Origin: Eledone cirrhosa
Taxonomy: Eukaryota
DNA: 64,000 nt
Assembly: GCA_964016885.1 (NCBI GenBank)
Contig: OZ024740.1
Location: forward strand, 67,580,001 to 67,644,000
Direction of reading: 5' to 3'
Made by a program: the position numbers and the translations under genes. Under the pieces are notes generated by a model. The model made no database searches, was not told the DNA's origin, and saw only the letters and a list, made by a program, of their open reading frames with translations. Of the stretch, positions 29,996 through 43,725 are shown piece after piece; position 1 is the stretch's first letter; each line of letters begins with the position of its first letter.

Positions 29996-31387
29996 TTATA
30001 TGCATTTAAAAAAAGAAAAAGTCGTTTTCAAACGATGGTTACAGTATAGAGAACGTTCAATTTTGCTGTTCAAAAGTTTGTTTACCGACGTTAAAATGCA
30101 GTATATCTCTAAATTGCATAACTTGCAGAATCGATGATTTTGCTGATATGCAGGCGCAGCTGCAATAATTTGCCAATCAAGGGAGAACGCTTGATTGTTC
30201 CTCCGAAGCTGCCAGGCTTTATCGGCGAGGGTTGTTACGGAGCGCATTTTCTCGTGCCTGATCGAAGATCGATGTTGGTATAGGCGAGCCTTGAAAGAAG
30301 TTGCGGTACATCCGACGTAATACCATTTGTTGGTCCCGGAATTTATTGTACACCGGTAGACAATATTGCGTGCTAGGCACTGGTTATTCAGTGAGCACGT
30401 ACCTGGTTTGGTGCAGTTACAACTATTTTTATGTTTTGCAGTAGAATCCTGGATTGTTTGGTGGGGTTGTGGTTGCGTGTTAGTGCGTTGCATGTTGCTA
30501 TGCTGGTGCGCTGAGTCATTAGGGATGTACTTATTCAGTATTGCTGAGTTGAGTTTTCTAATTAGTTGTTCTATGTTAGGTGCAGTGGAGTATGAGAGTC
30601 TAATGGTGCGCGAGTTAAAGATTTTATAGTATTTATGTGAAGTTGTAAAGTGTTTATTGATTAGTATATAGAATTGTGAGATAATCTTAGTGCTAATAGA
30701 AGAATTGTACACGGGGTTATACCATATGTACTCTCTACGTCTGACTCTATTTGCTGGTTTGCACCTGTTAGTATGCCTATTGATGTGTGTGTGTGGTGCA
30801 ATACTAGTTCGACTTAGATGTGTTTTATTCATAGTACTTATGTGGTTATCGTCTAGATATTCAATTTTCTCGCAGTAACCAGCTTTTCTAAGAGCGTCAT
30901 TATAATATTCAGCATGCTCGTTGAAGGTCTGCAAATTAGACGACAGTCGGGAGATCCTTATGGATATATTTTTAGGGATAGATTTAATAATGGAATGAGG
31001 ATGGTTCGATTTTACATTAACGTACTTAAGATTTTCATTAAGTTTGTGAAATGGCTCTATATTACCGTTATTAAGGTTGAAGGTGACATCCAAGAAGTTG
31101 ACCACCTTAAGATTGTGTTCAAAGGTAATATTAAGCCCTAGTTCTAAGAAAAGTTTCCTAATGTTTTTACGTCGCATTTCTAGGTTTTGTTTGTTCATAT
31201 TCTTGACTAATAGAAGTGTATCGTCGCGGTATATTCCGCCGTGGAGGTCCGTAAATTCGCTCTGGAGTCTATGGGCTATATAGATCCCAACCAAATCCGT
31301 GACCTCCGCCGAATCATTAGAACCCATCGTAATGTCGAATTCCGAGGGTCTATCCCTGCGGACCCAATAACTATTTTCAAAGTGCAC
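29996..31387 (-). CDS. PLE RT (C-terminal part) + GIY-YIG endonuclease, 463 aa open frame, N-truncated
   Basis: FDITMGSNDSAEV, YRDD, VNFLDVTFNL, SNHP, WYNP, CNC..C..C, IVY..YVG, CKLC, LLNSKIE..CNH. Confidence 0.9.
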   Translation of the reverse strand: MHFENSYWVRRDRPSEFDITMGSNDSAEVTDLVGIYIAHRLQSEFTDLHGGIYRDDTLLLVKNMNKQNLEMRRKNIRKLFLELGLNITFEHNLKVVNFLDVTFNLNNGNIEPFHKLNENLKYVNVKSNHPHSIIKSIPKNISIRISRLSSNLQTFNEHAEYYNDALRKAGYCEKIEYLDDNHISTMNKTHLSRTSIAPHTHINRHTNRCKPANRVRRREYIWYNPVYNSSISTKIISQFYILINKHFTTSHKYYKIFNSRTIRLSYSTAPNIEQLIRKLNSAILNKYIPNDSAHQHSNMQRTNTQPQPHQTIQDSTAKHKNSCNCTKPGTCSLNNQCLARNIVYRCTINSGTNKWYYVGCTATSFKARLYQHRSSIRHEKMRSVTTLADKAWQLRRNNQAFSLDWQIIAAAPAYQQNHRFCKLCNLEIYCILTSVNKLLNSKIERSLYCNHRLKTTFSFFKCI

Positions 31388-32132
31388 TACTGTGCGTCTA
31401 GCTTCATGTATATATATATGGGCCTTCCAGTTTCATTTCACATTATATACATGTCTGTGTATATTTTAATCATTTAAACATTATTTTAAGTGAACATGAT
31501 TTTAAAAAGTATATTTTGAAGTAAACATGGCCCAACTGGTCACGGGTGGTCTAGTGATATAATAAATGTTAGTGCTTGAATATCAATACGTATTATCCTA
31601 TGGAAATATACCTAGTTTTGAGTTGGTTATATTTGTGTAGAAATGTTCAGATATTTGTGATTAATTTCAGTAAATGTATATTTAGTAACCTATTCCAATT
31701 ATATAGAATTATATAAAATAGAACCAACGTAGAGAAACAAATATATTTTTGTTGATTGGCTGTGCGATGAGCACAAACCCTCGAAATGAAAATATATGTG
31801 TATTTTTCAAAGGTATGTACAGTAATCGCTGTGTCTAACAGGCTCTGTCGACCATCCATGGCTGCTGTTAAGTGTTCTAGATCTTTATTTATATATAGTT
31901 TTTGTTTTATCAATTGACAAACTCATATTAAAATAAAAGCAACTATCTATGACGTGGATATTAGATAAATTTCAGGTAAGATTCAAAGCCAGAAACAAAT
32001 AAGGGAAACAAATCTGAACTCATGTATTTTCGTATTAATTTATACGACCTTGAAGAAATATCCAATGATTCGAAGTCAAAAATCACATTGAGTAAGAAAA
32101 ACCAGTACTAAACTCATCGCAATTATTTATTG

Positions 32133-32290
32133 GTGGTGAATTGGCAGTATCGTTAGAGGGTCGGACGCCATGCTTTGCAGCATAGAGTTACGGCCCATTA
32201 CTGTCAGAGTCCAAATCCCACCATGGTTAACTTTGCCCTTCATCCTTACGGGGATAATTGCTGGCCTTGTGCCAAAGGTATAAAACAATT
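32133..32290 (+). mobile_element. tRNA-derived SINE with internal deletion
   Basis: gaattggcagtatcgttagaggg..gagtccaaatccc..taactttgcccttcatccttacggg..gctggccttgtgcc. Confidence 0.85.
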
Positions 32291-34773
32291 ATTTATTTTT
32301 ATGTTATGTTTATTATGTTATGTTTTTATGTTATGTTTTTATAACATATAATGGCCTTGTGCCTATATAAATGTGTATGCATATATATGTGTTCATGTTT
32401 ATTATAGCTAGAATGTCTCGTCTAGATTGGTAGGTCCCTCACAACTATTTTAGATTAGGATCTTTGCTTTATTTCGTTGCCTGGCAATATTGAGCGTAAA
32501 CGTTAAAATGTGAGTAACATACTGAGAGATAAACATTGTTAAATTGTTAATCTTGACTTACGTTGGATATTCTACATAAATACAAAATTTTAAGTGAATT
32601 TGATCAGATGCAGCATTTCTTAGGATGGGCCGGGATGGAAATGCCTTTATGTCTTGCAGGGTAAGACAAATGAAACATAAAACCATGACCAGACGATGCA
32701 AAATGCTCTTTTTGTTGCTTTTTTGCATTAAAGGTGTTTGACACAGAATAAACAGAATAAAATAAATAATTTCCATTAGTGATATAAAGAATCTAAAGAA
32801 AAAAAAACAACAGGCAATTCTTAATACCACAGGCAATTCTTAATATATTATTACAAACATTTCATTTACTAAGTCACAACAGTTTCAGAGATCCAACTCA
32901 GATTAATACATTTTAACAAATCATAACAATGGACATGATCCAAGGGACTATTAAGGAAAACACCGAATTTTTGTATGCAAAATTATATACTCAATTAGCT
33001 ACATGGGCTGGATGAAATTAAACTGCGAGCCGGATTTGGGTGACTGGTTATACTTAACTGAATTCAGCATGAGAGGACTAAATATACATGGTTATTAAAA
33101 TGTTCTTAATATTAAGTCTGTTTTAATAAAAATTTCTAATCACCCAGAAAATAAATGAAGTACTATTTTATATAAGTTAAGTAATATTCTGCATAAATTT
33201 AATTTCGACTTACGACTTCTGCTCGTCTTAGTATGCTTGCATGGTTAAATCGAAGGCCAGGGCTTATCCTGACTTTATGGACGTTGACATGGAGCTAGTC
33301 CACCGAAAAGCTAAGCCACAGCTTTCGTTGGGAAATATTTTCAACTGAGTGAAATAGAGCAACATTAAATGGAGTACCTTGTTCAAGATCATGTCGCACT
33401 CCTTACTCTGAGAGTTAAACCCACGTTTTATGATTATCAGCCCAACACCCTAAATAATATGCTACGATCCTTTACCATAATTGTGAATATTATAGTAAAA
33501 GATATAACAATTGAGAGCGATCATTTTCTCAAACTGTGAAAGCAAATATCTGTTGAATTATAGAAAGAATTACTTCCCGAAATATAGGAACCTGCAGCTA
33601 CGCGATATAGAAACTGATGCTGCATCTATTTAGCCAAAAAATAGTTTGAAATCCGGTCTCTCATCACTATGGCAGGTTATCATTTCTTATTGTCACATAT
33701 CAGATTATATTGTATTCTAGTCATAGCTGAGATACGCTTATCTTCTCATATTGCCACACCTCGCACTTCTACTTTCAGTCTAGACAGACACATCTATAGA
33801 ACATTGGTATTCAACAAAATATAGAGATATTTTATCAGCAACCAAAACTAAATTACTGAAAGCATTCTACGATCAAAGGTCTTACACAACATCGGTATTC
33901 AACAAAATCGGAACAAAAAGACAAATATATATTTTATATATATATATATATACGCACAAACACCCACACACACTGAAACACACACGTATTTGTGTGTATA
34001 TATAAATATATAAAATATATAAGTATAAGAAAAAAATATAAAAACAATTATCTCTAGCCGCAACCAAATTTCAGAATACATTCTTCGATATGATAGGAAC
34101 ATCAAAAACATTCCAAGGCGATTTCATTGTTGAATACACAACAAAGAGATACGTCATTCTTCTTTTATCAAGAATTTCCTGTCCTCTGTTCTAAATGATT
34201 TATGAAGACTTAACTACAGATCCAGTAACCACAACGAAAATTGACCACAAGTATCTGAAAAGGTTCCACAGAAATATAACTAACCAAAAACCGGATATAT
34301 AATATATTTCTATCACAAATATATCCGCTTCGGTCGGCTCACTTGAAAAGTATAGAATGAGGATGATTCTTGATTACTGCTCACTGCCATTGAGATACAA
34401 TGGTTCCACATCGATGCAGCACATAAACCGTTTTCACTTCTTTGTGCTCAAGCCAGAACGGTCAACTAACTTGTTTCAACGCCACATATATTCTATATAC
34501 ACAAGAGATTTACATGACAGCTTTGTTGTAGTGAGACAATTAGAGCATTTCCCTCTATGTATTCAGTCGGACGAAATTATATCCCTAGTGACTGTCAGTT
34601 CTTGCAATTTGTCTTTGCAGCTGCCAGTTTACGTTTGTCATTCAGCATGCATCGTTGATAATAGCCACGTTTCTTCTATTTCGAATCAAACATTACGGAC
34701 AGCCAAAAAGGGACAGAGGGCTCCTTTCCAAACACTTATACAGGCACACACAAATACATACAAACGCATATAA

Positions 34774-34826
<53 letters not shown>

Positions 34827-34848
34827 AATATATGTATAAATATATATG

Positions 34849-34879
<31 letters not shown>

Positions 34880-34880
34880 G

Positions 34881-34986
<106 letters not shown>

Positions 34987-35022
34987 TGTGTTTCTATGCG
35001 TCTATGTATATGAATATATATG

Positions 35023-35066
<44 letters not shown>

Positions 35067-35135
35067 TATGAAGAGAGAAGAAACATTTAGATATAATTAG
35101 TAATAAAATGTATCATACCTAAACTGTTCCTAAAT

Positions 35136-35223
35136 TCCTCGACTACGTAGTTTCGTGGCATAAACAAAAACAATATATCAAAGATATAGAGTCCTTGCGA
35201 GGTCTGCCGACTTATCAAGAGGA
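35136..35223 (-). ncRNA. Type I hammerhead with U3-A8 core
   Basis: TCCTC-TTGATAA-GT(C)GGCA..TGCCAC-GAAAC-TACGTA-GTC-GAGGA: 5-bp stem I, palindromic stem III ACTACGTAGT, GUC triplet; ~70 nt from a (TA)n end. Confidence 0.8.
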
Positions 35224-36393
35224 TACCTCATTTTACTAGTCTCAAGAACGCGTCTACACGACGTGAGAAAGAATCCCAAAAGGCGGAGGGGGAGATAGTC
35301 ACGCGATATAACGGTCGAGAAACAGAGCTAAGCCTCTTATAACCACGAAAAAAATACCACGGAGGCGGAGGGGGTATTCATATCGAGGCCGTAGAAGAGG
35401 TAGTGAAGAAGGCGAGAAGTATGAGTAATGGAAGCTTTCCAGTTGTCCCCACACTTCAAAGATTGCTCGACCAGAGGGAGTTATTAATACATTTAGAAAC
35501 ACACAGATACATGCGGACACACACATATATACATGAATGCATCCGCACCCAACTGTGAGTTAAGGGTGCCAACTTCACCGATGTTGCTCAATGATACACC
35601 GATACACCTCCCACTCCACGCCCACACTACCACCACTAACTCCCACTCACACCCCCACATTCAACCCCCCACCGCCACCAATAATACTGACACCCACTCT
35701 ACCTCACACACACACACTCATATCCAAACACCCACACACACACCAGTACATTACATTACCTCCTACTGTCCCTGGCACCTTCTTTCTCCTCTCTCTCTCT
35801 TGCCCGCACTACCAACACCCCCCACACCCGCATCCCACTAACACCCCCACTAATATACACCCCCACACATACCGCTACCCTCCCCCTCAACCTTTCACAC
35901 AACCCATGTCCTCCCCTGTCCACCGCACCTCCGCACACACATACACACATTCCACACCACATACAGACCATCTCTAACACCTGTCAGCCTCCTCACTAAT
36001 TTGCCTGCTGTCACATTCCTACTGCTATCTCCTTCCTTCCTCCCACCTCCTTCGCCCTGCCTTGACCCACTGACCACTTCCTGTTGCGCGCGCACCCCAC
36101 AACTCACTACTTCCTCACTACTATACCAAGGATTTTACACCACCAGTCCACCGCTCCAGCCATCCACCCTGCTACACTCGCAATGTTCAACAGCCGTTCC
36201 TACAATCCGTGGAAAAAACATCCACACACACACAAACAATTATAATCTTTACGCACCACGCAACCATACATCCACACCACACAAACACACACACACACGG
36301 TTTGTATAAGGGAAAAATCATTCCTTTGTCCCAAATTTCGAAGTGACCGCTTAAACCGGGGTTAGAAAACACACCCGTCGAGGCTATAGAACG

Positions 36394-36508
36394 CAAGACT
36401 TGTTGACGAAGTAAATCCTTTTTTCTGTCTTCAAAGGCCATTAACTTGCAGAGCCCTGCAAGCGGAATTAGTCGATCCCGGATTTACAGAAACCTAGCGT
36501 GGATTTTG
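36394..36508 (+). ncRNA. Degenerate hammerhead-like motif with large stem II insertion
   Basis: TTGACGA-A-GTAAATCC..GGATTTAC-A-GAAAC-ctagc-GTG; perfect 8-bp stem II but non-permissive G17 and weak stem I. Confidence 0.4.
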
Positions 36509-36604
36509 TATGTTATATGTGATGTATATTGTATGCTATACGTTATGAGTTATGTGTTGCATTCGATGTCCACGTGATGGTCCATATATATATATATATA
36601 TAAG

Positions 36605-36684
<80 letters not shown>

Positions 36685-36737
36685 ACAAAAGCTGAAAAAT
36701 ATCTTTTGACCTTCGAATGACTCTGCTGTGTGTATGT

Positions 36738-36773
<36 letters not shown>

Positions 36774-36845
36774 ATCTTAATAGCCATTTGACACACATCG
36801 CGGGTGGCTATTGTCGCAGCATCGAACACCTTACTACTACTACTA

Positions 36846-36895
<50 letters not shown>

Positions 36896-36920
36896 TTGTT
36901 GTGAAAGAGTCATTTCTCAA

Positions 36921-37155
36921 TCTTGGCGCAAAACCAATTTTTTATCCACATGACCTCTACCGACCAATCAAAATTGTTTTGACCAATAATTTTTGCTGGA
37001 GCCACTTTTCTAACATTTTAACATAAAAACAGTCTTGGCGCAAAATCAACTTTTTACATTCACATGACCTCTACCGACCAATCAAAATTGTTTTGACCAC
37101 AAGCATTTTTGCAACACAAAAATAACGCTGGAGCCATTTTTTTAACATAAAAACA
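36921..37155 (+). repeat. ~110-bp tandem duplication
   Basis: tcttggcgcaaaa..cacatgacctctaccgaccaatcaaaattgttttgacca..taacataaaaacag occurs twice. Confidence 0.85.
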
Positions 37156-37411
37156 GGTAGAATTCCCAAAACTAATCAGATCAGAGCAAACAGCACGGAC
37201 ACTCTATCTCAAAATTATTTTTGAAAAGCATTTAGAAATGCGCAACCGGTAAAAACTTAAAAACTTAAAACCACAACTGAATACTAACCCATACAATCAC
37301 TAATACTCTTTTATTCCTAATTAAACCATTTTTCAACTGTGAACAATTTGTCAGCATTTTCTATTCCGTTTACCAATATATAATAACTTGTGTGTTACAC
37401 CTCTATTCTTT

Positions 37412-37488
<77 letters not shown>

Positions 37489-39039
37489 CTGTTATATATA
37501 TATATATATATATATATAATACTGTTATATATATATATATATATAATACTATTATATATATATATATATAATACTATTTATAGTTATGTATATAGTTATG
37601 TATATAGTATAAACAACTATAAACAGGAAGGACAGTAATTTCTTATTACCTTATTACCAGTAAGAGAAATAGCTCAATGTATGAACATCAGTTGTTTTAC
37701 AGATAAGGAAAATAAATATATTATACAATTATCAAAGTTGTGTTCAAATCAGTTAATACCTGACAATCGTTTCTTCCAAACTCTCGTTTGGAATCATCGG
37801 AGCATTATCAATGTTTGCACATATAATTAACCTCCTATTCAACTGAACAATAATATAGATACATATAAATTGATGTTGTGAGCAACAGTTTCGTATTTAC
37901 AGGGTGGAATGGATGTGACATATTTTACGAGAATTGTACAATAATTGTACAAACATTCAATTTCAAATTCAAATTAAATTAAAATTTATTTATATATATA
38001 TATATGTGTGTGTCCAGGGAGTGTAACGCGAACTTACTGTAGGTTCAACCAGGTGAGCACTCGGTGTTTAGGTTAATGTCAGTCTCGAGGTGTAGAGCTA
38101 GACAGTGTAAGCTTCTTTACAACCATGACACTGGATCTCACCAAACTCTTGGAACACATTACAATCAAAGCTATACATGAATAGTGTTGTGACATTTTCT
38201 TCTATTAATAAACGCGAAGAACTTCCCACATGTTAGGATATTGCGTTATCATGCTGTCAACTATTTATCACTTCTTATCAATTCTTAGAAACCTAATCAG
38301 ATCACGACTATATCGTAGCCAATGTTGGTTTTCACATACATACAAACATACATACATTCTTACATACATACACACATGCAGAGATACATACATTCATACA
38401 TGCACGCATACAAACATATGTACATACATACGTACATACAGCAACATATTTTATGATTCAGAGGGATAGTCACATCCTTAACGCCTAAGTTACCAACCAA
38501 ATAATTGTTGCATTTCATTTCTGCATTTCTGAGAAATATATCATAATTGTACTTAGCAAAAACTGCGCAGGTAGCTTTACTTATTCTAAAAGTAGATACC
38601 CACAATCAAAATTCATATTTCTAAACGTAGGTAGAAAAAAAAAAGATACACGGCCAACACCTTAGAAAATATATCCAACTCTACATGTTTTTTTTTAATT
38701 ATTATTATTCCCTGCCATAACTCCTAGAAAGCTAACAATCTACATTAAAAAAATAACTTCATATAACAGACAACCTGCGAGCATCCTGACCCCGAATTGC
38801 AGTGGTAATTTTTTTTCTTGGTTATCGTAGCTAACACCTCATATGAGTTCAGCAGAGTGTCGGGTGGTAGCGGGCTATTCGATGAGGCGATGTGAGAAAG
38901 TGTGACACTGTCCAGCTCACCGCGTAAACAACAGTTTTGGGAGGGTAAAGCAGGTTCTCAGGAAGAAGAGTACCGAGTGCACGTCAAACTGGCGTAATCT
39001 CACCGTCGTCCTTCTCATGTCTGTATGCTTGATTTCCAG

Positions 39040-39790
39040 GCACTCTCGAATGACGATCGGAAGGATTGTAGCTCCGAGAATGTAGACAGCGTCGTTTGGT
39101 GTTAGCCAAGCCCAAGTCAAGTTGGATTGGATTTTTTCTTAGTACAGTTTCTTGCAATTCAGCTTCGCCGTAGCGCACATATATGATTTCGGATGTGGAA
39201 GGTTGAACTCAAGTCCGTAGAGCTTTAAAGCTGTCATGACATGATGAATTTCCTCAACAACTGACTTAACTGAGCCACCCTGTGTCGCATCAACCATGTA
39301 CCAGACAATAAAGGATCTTGCCAGAAAGTCACCGAAATACTTTGACTATTACAATTGGACAAATGTCTCCGTCATTTCTCTTCAACACAATGAGGTTGGC
39401 TGAAAAGAGATCTCGAGCTTGGTGAGGGAAATTGGCAGGAGGTATTTTTGTTAGAAAAGTGAGAGACTGAGACTCCTATTCAGCGGGGTGAGGCAATATT
39501 GGAACTTTAAGATGACCCGGTAGCAGGCCATCTACTCCGCCATCCCTTCTCCGTGCGAAAGAACTGAGTCCAGCTACTACGACATGATTGGACGCGGTGA
39601 AGTCAATGTCACTGTCAGTGATTTGGAATCCCTTGAAATCTACTAGGGTCTCTGGGTACTTGAGATTGCGAGCAGATAGAATATCCTGTGTTAGCCGAAG
39701 TATCGTGTCGCTCAAGGCTAGTACGCGCACCCTAGTAGAATCTGCACACTCAATTAGTTTGCAATTAACTTATTCCCGAAGCCGTTTCAC
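39040..39790 (-). pseudogene. Possible decayed APE-type endonuclease of a transposon
   Basis: GC-richer island; VLALSDT, RRDGGV, GDF and QLDLGLAN appear in APE-like order across frames. Confidence 0.35.
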
Positions 39791-41280
39791 ACAATCGGAA
39801 GAGGACTGCAGACATGGGGCCGGGGCCGGAAGTGGGCAGCATGAAAGAAGTGAGGGGCTGGAAATTGAAGAAATGTTACTTCTAAGCCTCGAAGGCTTAG
39901 AAGTAACATTTAGCCATCGCAATGAGGGTCGGAAAACTGAATAACTTGAGCGAGTCTTTTTGGTTGATGCTAGTGAGTGCCTGATCGACGGACAACGCTA
40001 GCGCTTCGGCCACAAAAGTGCGGTAACCTGGGCTGAGCGGGGTTGCGTTGCCGGTTTTATTTCACTAGAGGGGGCTATGTAGCGTGAGCAGTGCTACTGG
40101 TGCAAGGATTCCGAAATGCTTCATTTGAGTTTGACACAAGAAAAGTGAAAGAAATAGCTAGAGTTGGAACACTTCGTTCCTTTCTTCCGCCTGTTGAACA
40201 TAGCACACGAGAGACACTGCTAGACTTTCTGCTGGCCATAGGTCTGAAAAGAAGATAAACATGGAGGAGATTTGTGCATATCTATAGCTAGTGTGAGGGA
40301 TGTGGCTGGATGGCACTACAGTCGTGGCCGGGCTCAGCAAACAAGTGGGATTTGGAGTTCAGACGCACTCACCCACACCACATCCATCCATGAACGCACA
40401 TAAACTCACACCCGTTGGAGAAACACACCAGTATACAATGTTTTGCACTGCGGTGAAATAACATTTCTTTAAATCGTTTCTGTCCTCCTTAAAACTGAGA
40501 CTTTTAATCCTGGAAAACGGTGTGATTTGTATTTTTAAAAAAGAAAAAGAAACGGAATTTCAGATTCACATTACTCTCCTTTCAAAAGAAACAGTAAACC
40601 TGGTCATATGCTATAGTGAAATAACGTTACCTTAAAATCCTCTCCTTCATCCTAAAACACGAATCTTTAACTCCTGGAAAATGTGTCCAGTATTGAAAAA
40701 TACGGCACGTCAAATTTACTTTACTCCAATTTCCAAATCAAACGGTTCGACGGTTGAGGTATATTTAGACGTTTAAAATATCGTTACAATATATGCGAAA
40801 ATGGAAATAGATATTTGTATTCCAAACAGAAATGTTAATTCATATTTCTGTATAAACTTTTATATTATTTTCTTATTGTCGATTTCGTTTTGTTCAATGT
40901 CTTAAATGGGCTCTTCTGTGCTTTTGCCACTATGAAATTGTATTCATACAATTTCATATAGAATTGTGTTGCTAAAAGTTTGTGCTATTTCGTACAACTC
41001 AGTTAGATTTCAAATATTTTCGAAAATGTAATGACCTTATGCGGTTTATAGATTATTTTGAGGTATTTTCTTTCGATGGGATTCAGATCCGTTGTATAAA
41101 AAAATACGTTTCATAAAATACAATTCATAAAATACTCTACTCTAATGTATATGTGTATATGAACTCTTAACATCCAAGAACGATCAAGCAGAAATATGTA
41201 AAAAAAAAATAAGTGTTATTCCTTCCTGTAGTAAGTACACTGTAACATGTTTCCAAAATTCATGATAGGTCCCTACAGTG

Positions 41281-41314
<34 letters not shown>

Positions 41315-42521
41315 CAGAGCTGAGACAGAGAGAAAAGTAGTTGCTCACGACATGTAAATATTTAATCTCCCAGTAACACGACATGTAAATATAAAATCTC
41401 CGAGTAACAGAACATATCTTAGTAACTGATTTGAAAACTACGACTGCTTTATCTTGGTAATAAATGATGTTTGTTGACATGTACTAGATGAAGTATTTAG
41501 TTAGTGGTATGAAATTCTTCTGAATTAATTTGCTGTTAAGTGTGCAAAGATACAGCCATATTTACGCGTATTTTACAAATTTAATCTGTAGAGATTCAGA
41601 AATTTAGCATGTAACTTTATTCAGATATCCATACTCCAATATAAATATTTTGTTTTTCCTTTCTTAGTTACGTACCAGACAATGTATTCGAGACGAATTT
41701 AAAATCAAATAATAAAAATATCATACTTACATACAATGATGTATCATGACCAAATGGTTAAGAAGATATCTGGTTCAATCCCACTATGTGTTATCGAAAG
41801 CGAGTTGACTTTTACGAAAACTTCTGTTTGACTGTAGTTTTGTAATTGAAATTGATGATACGGACACTATCTGGAAGTCTCTCAGGGAGATTGTACGTGT
41901 AAGTTAAATATCTAGCCGTGTCGCACGCTGTGGTGTCATGATTATTCTGCCTAAAGATTACCTTAAGATTACACGTGTCTGTGAAATACTCTGCCACTCG
42001 CACACTAAATCATTGAGCAGAGAGATCAGCTGCAAAAACCTATCGTCGAAAGTGATGGCGATCCATTTATTTTATTAGATATTTACACGTGTTTCTCATC
42101 CTTACACCACAAACAACCTTACACTTTTTGTCATCCGTAAACAACTTTCTTAAAACATTCATGCCTACAAACCTTTTAAACTACCGCCGCCAATGCACAT
42201 AATTTTATCATCCATCTATTGCTTATACATAGGCACTCCACACACATAGACATATGCAGAGCCCTCTACCTCCGATTACCAACGGTTCTTGAAGTCAGTG
42301 AACTGGTTGCAGCTTATAACTTTGATACTAATTCTACTTGCAAAGGCTGTGCTTCATTTCTGCCCTATGCAGGTGACCTAATCTAACCAAAAAGTATATG
42401 CCTACATATCTCTTAAACAAAAGTCCATACTGCTAAATCTCCTCAAGTGCTTCAAACGTAGCAAAAAAACAAAAAAAAAACATACATGGCCTACATCTAG
42501 GAAAATAAATCTGACTCTACT

Positions 42522-43725
42522 GGCTTAGTCTTAGATTCTTCCGCGCCGCTCGGCGCATCGAGCAGTAAGTACTAGCCAACGGTCACGATCAGCGGCAACT
42601 TTTTCGAGAGCGTGCCAGGTGATGTTGACTGCCATCAGGTCCTTCCGGAATGTTCGTCGCCAGGTGATCCTTGGGCAACCCCGCCTCCGTTTACTGCCAG
42701 ACGGGGTCCAGTTCATCGCTGTTTTCGAATGACGTTCATTTGACAGACGCAGAATATGGCCAGCCAGACGGCACCGACACTCCGTGACCACTCTCTGTAG
42801 CGTCCACGACTCGGCTCTCCACAGGATCTCCTCCTTTTGCACTCGGTCGCACCAGGACACACGAAGGATCTTTCGCAGGCACCGCTGGTGGAAAGCGTTC
42901 AGCCGTCTCTCTATTTTTGCCGTACTCTTCCAGGTCTCGCTCGCATAAAGTACGGTCGACAGCACGATGCTCTTGTACAGGCGGAGCTTGGTCTTGGTGC
43001 TAATGCACGAAGCCGACTAGACTGGGCACAGCCGCTGGAAAACTGCGGCTCCTTTGCCGATCCGACAGTTGATGTCGAGCTCCGCGTCGCCGCTGCTTGT
43101 CAGGATGCTGCCCAGATAGGTGAAGTGATCGACTTCCTCGAGGTCCTGTTGGTTGACTCTGATCACTGGACCTGTGTTGCTGGCTGTTCTCATGACCTTG
43201 GTCTTTTTGGTGTTGATTCTCAGGCCGATCTTTTCCGCACTCTCTTGTAGGGATGTTGTTAGGGCCTCCATATCTGCACGGTTTTCAGCGATCAAAGCGA
43301 TGTCGTCGGCGAATGCCAGGTCCCTCAGCCTCGACTGCCCTCTCCATGGGATTCCTCGACAGGATCCTTCATCCATTCGCCTTAGTACAAAATCGGCTGC
43401 CAGCAGGAACAACAGTGGAGAGAGAATGCAACCCTGTCTGACACCGGAGACAATGTCAAAGAAATCCGTCAAGCCGGACTCAGTTCGCACGCAGCAGCTG
43501 GAGTTTTCATGCAGGGCCTTAAAAATGGCGATGAATCTTGCAGAAATACCGTACAGTTGCGCCACATTACACAGCGACTCCCGGTGTTCACTTTCGAATG
43601 CCTTCTGGAAATCAATAATATGACCGCCAAAATCTGTTGTAGCTCAACGCATTGTTCGAGAATGTTGCGTAGTGTAAAGATCTGTTCCGTGCAAGATCGA
43701 TTTTTTCGGAAGCCGGCTTGTTACT
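42522..43725 (-). mobile_element. 5'-truncated RTE-clade LINE
   Basis: SGVRQGCILSPLLF, LAFADDIAL, GLRINTKKTKVM, FTYLGS, LYASETW, FHQRCLRKIL, LAGHILR, RRRGCPRITWRR; one in-frame stop near 43017. Confidence 0.95.

Larger units (their letters stand above)
29422..31387 (-). mobile_element. 5'-truncated Naiad-like Penelope-like element
   Basis: Coding part plus ~570 nt 3' region containing a hammerhead and ending at (TA)n. Confidence 0.88.

Noticed and set aside
34357-34773. 138-aa ORF / Cys-rich reverse frame as a transposase remnant
   Set aside because: No diagnostic motif; reverse frames contain stops.
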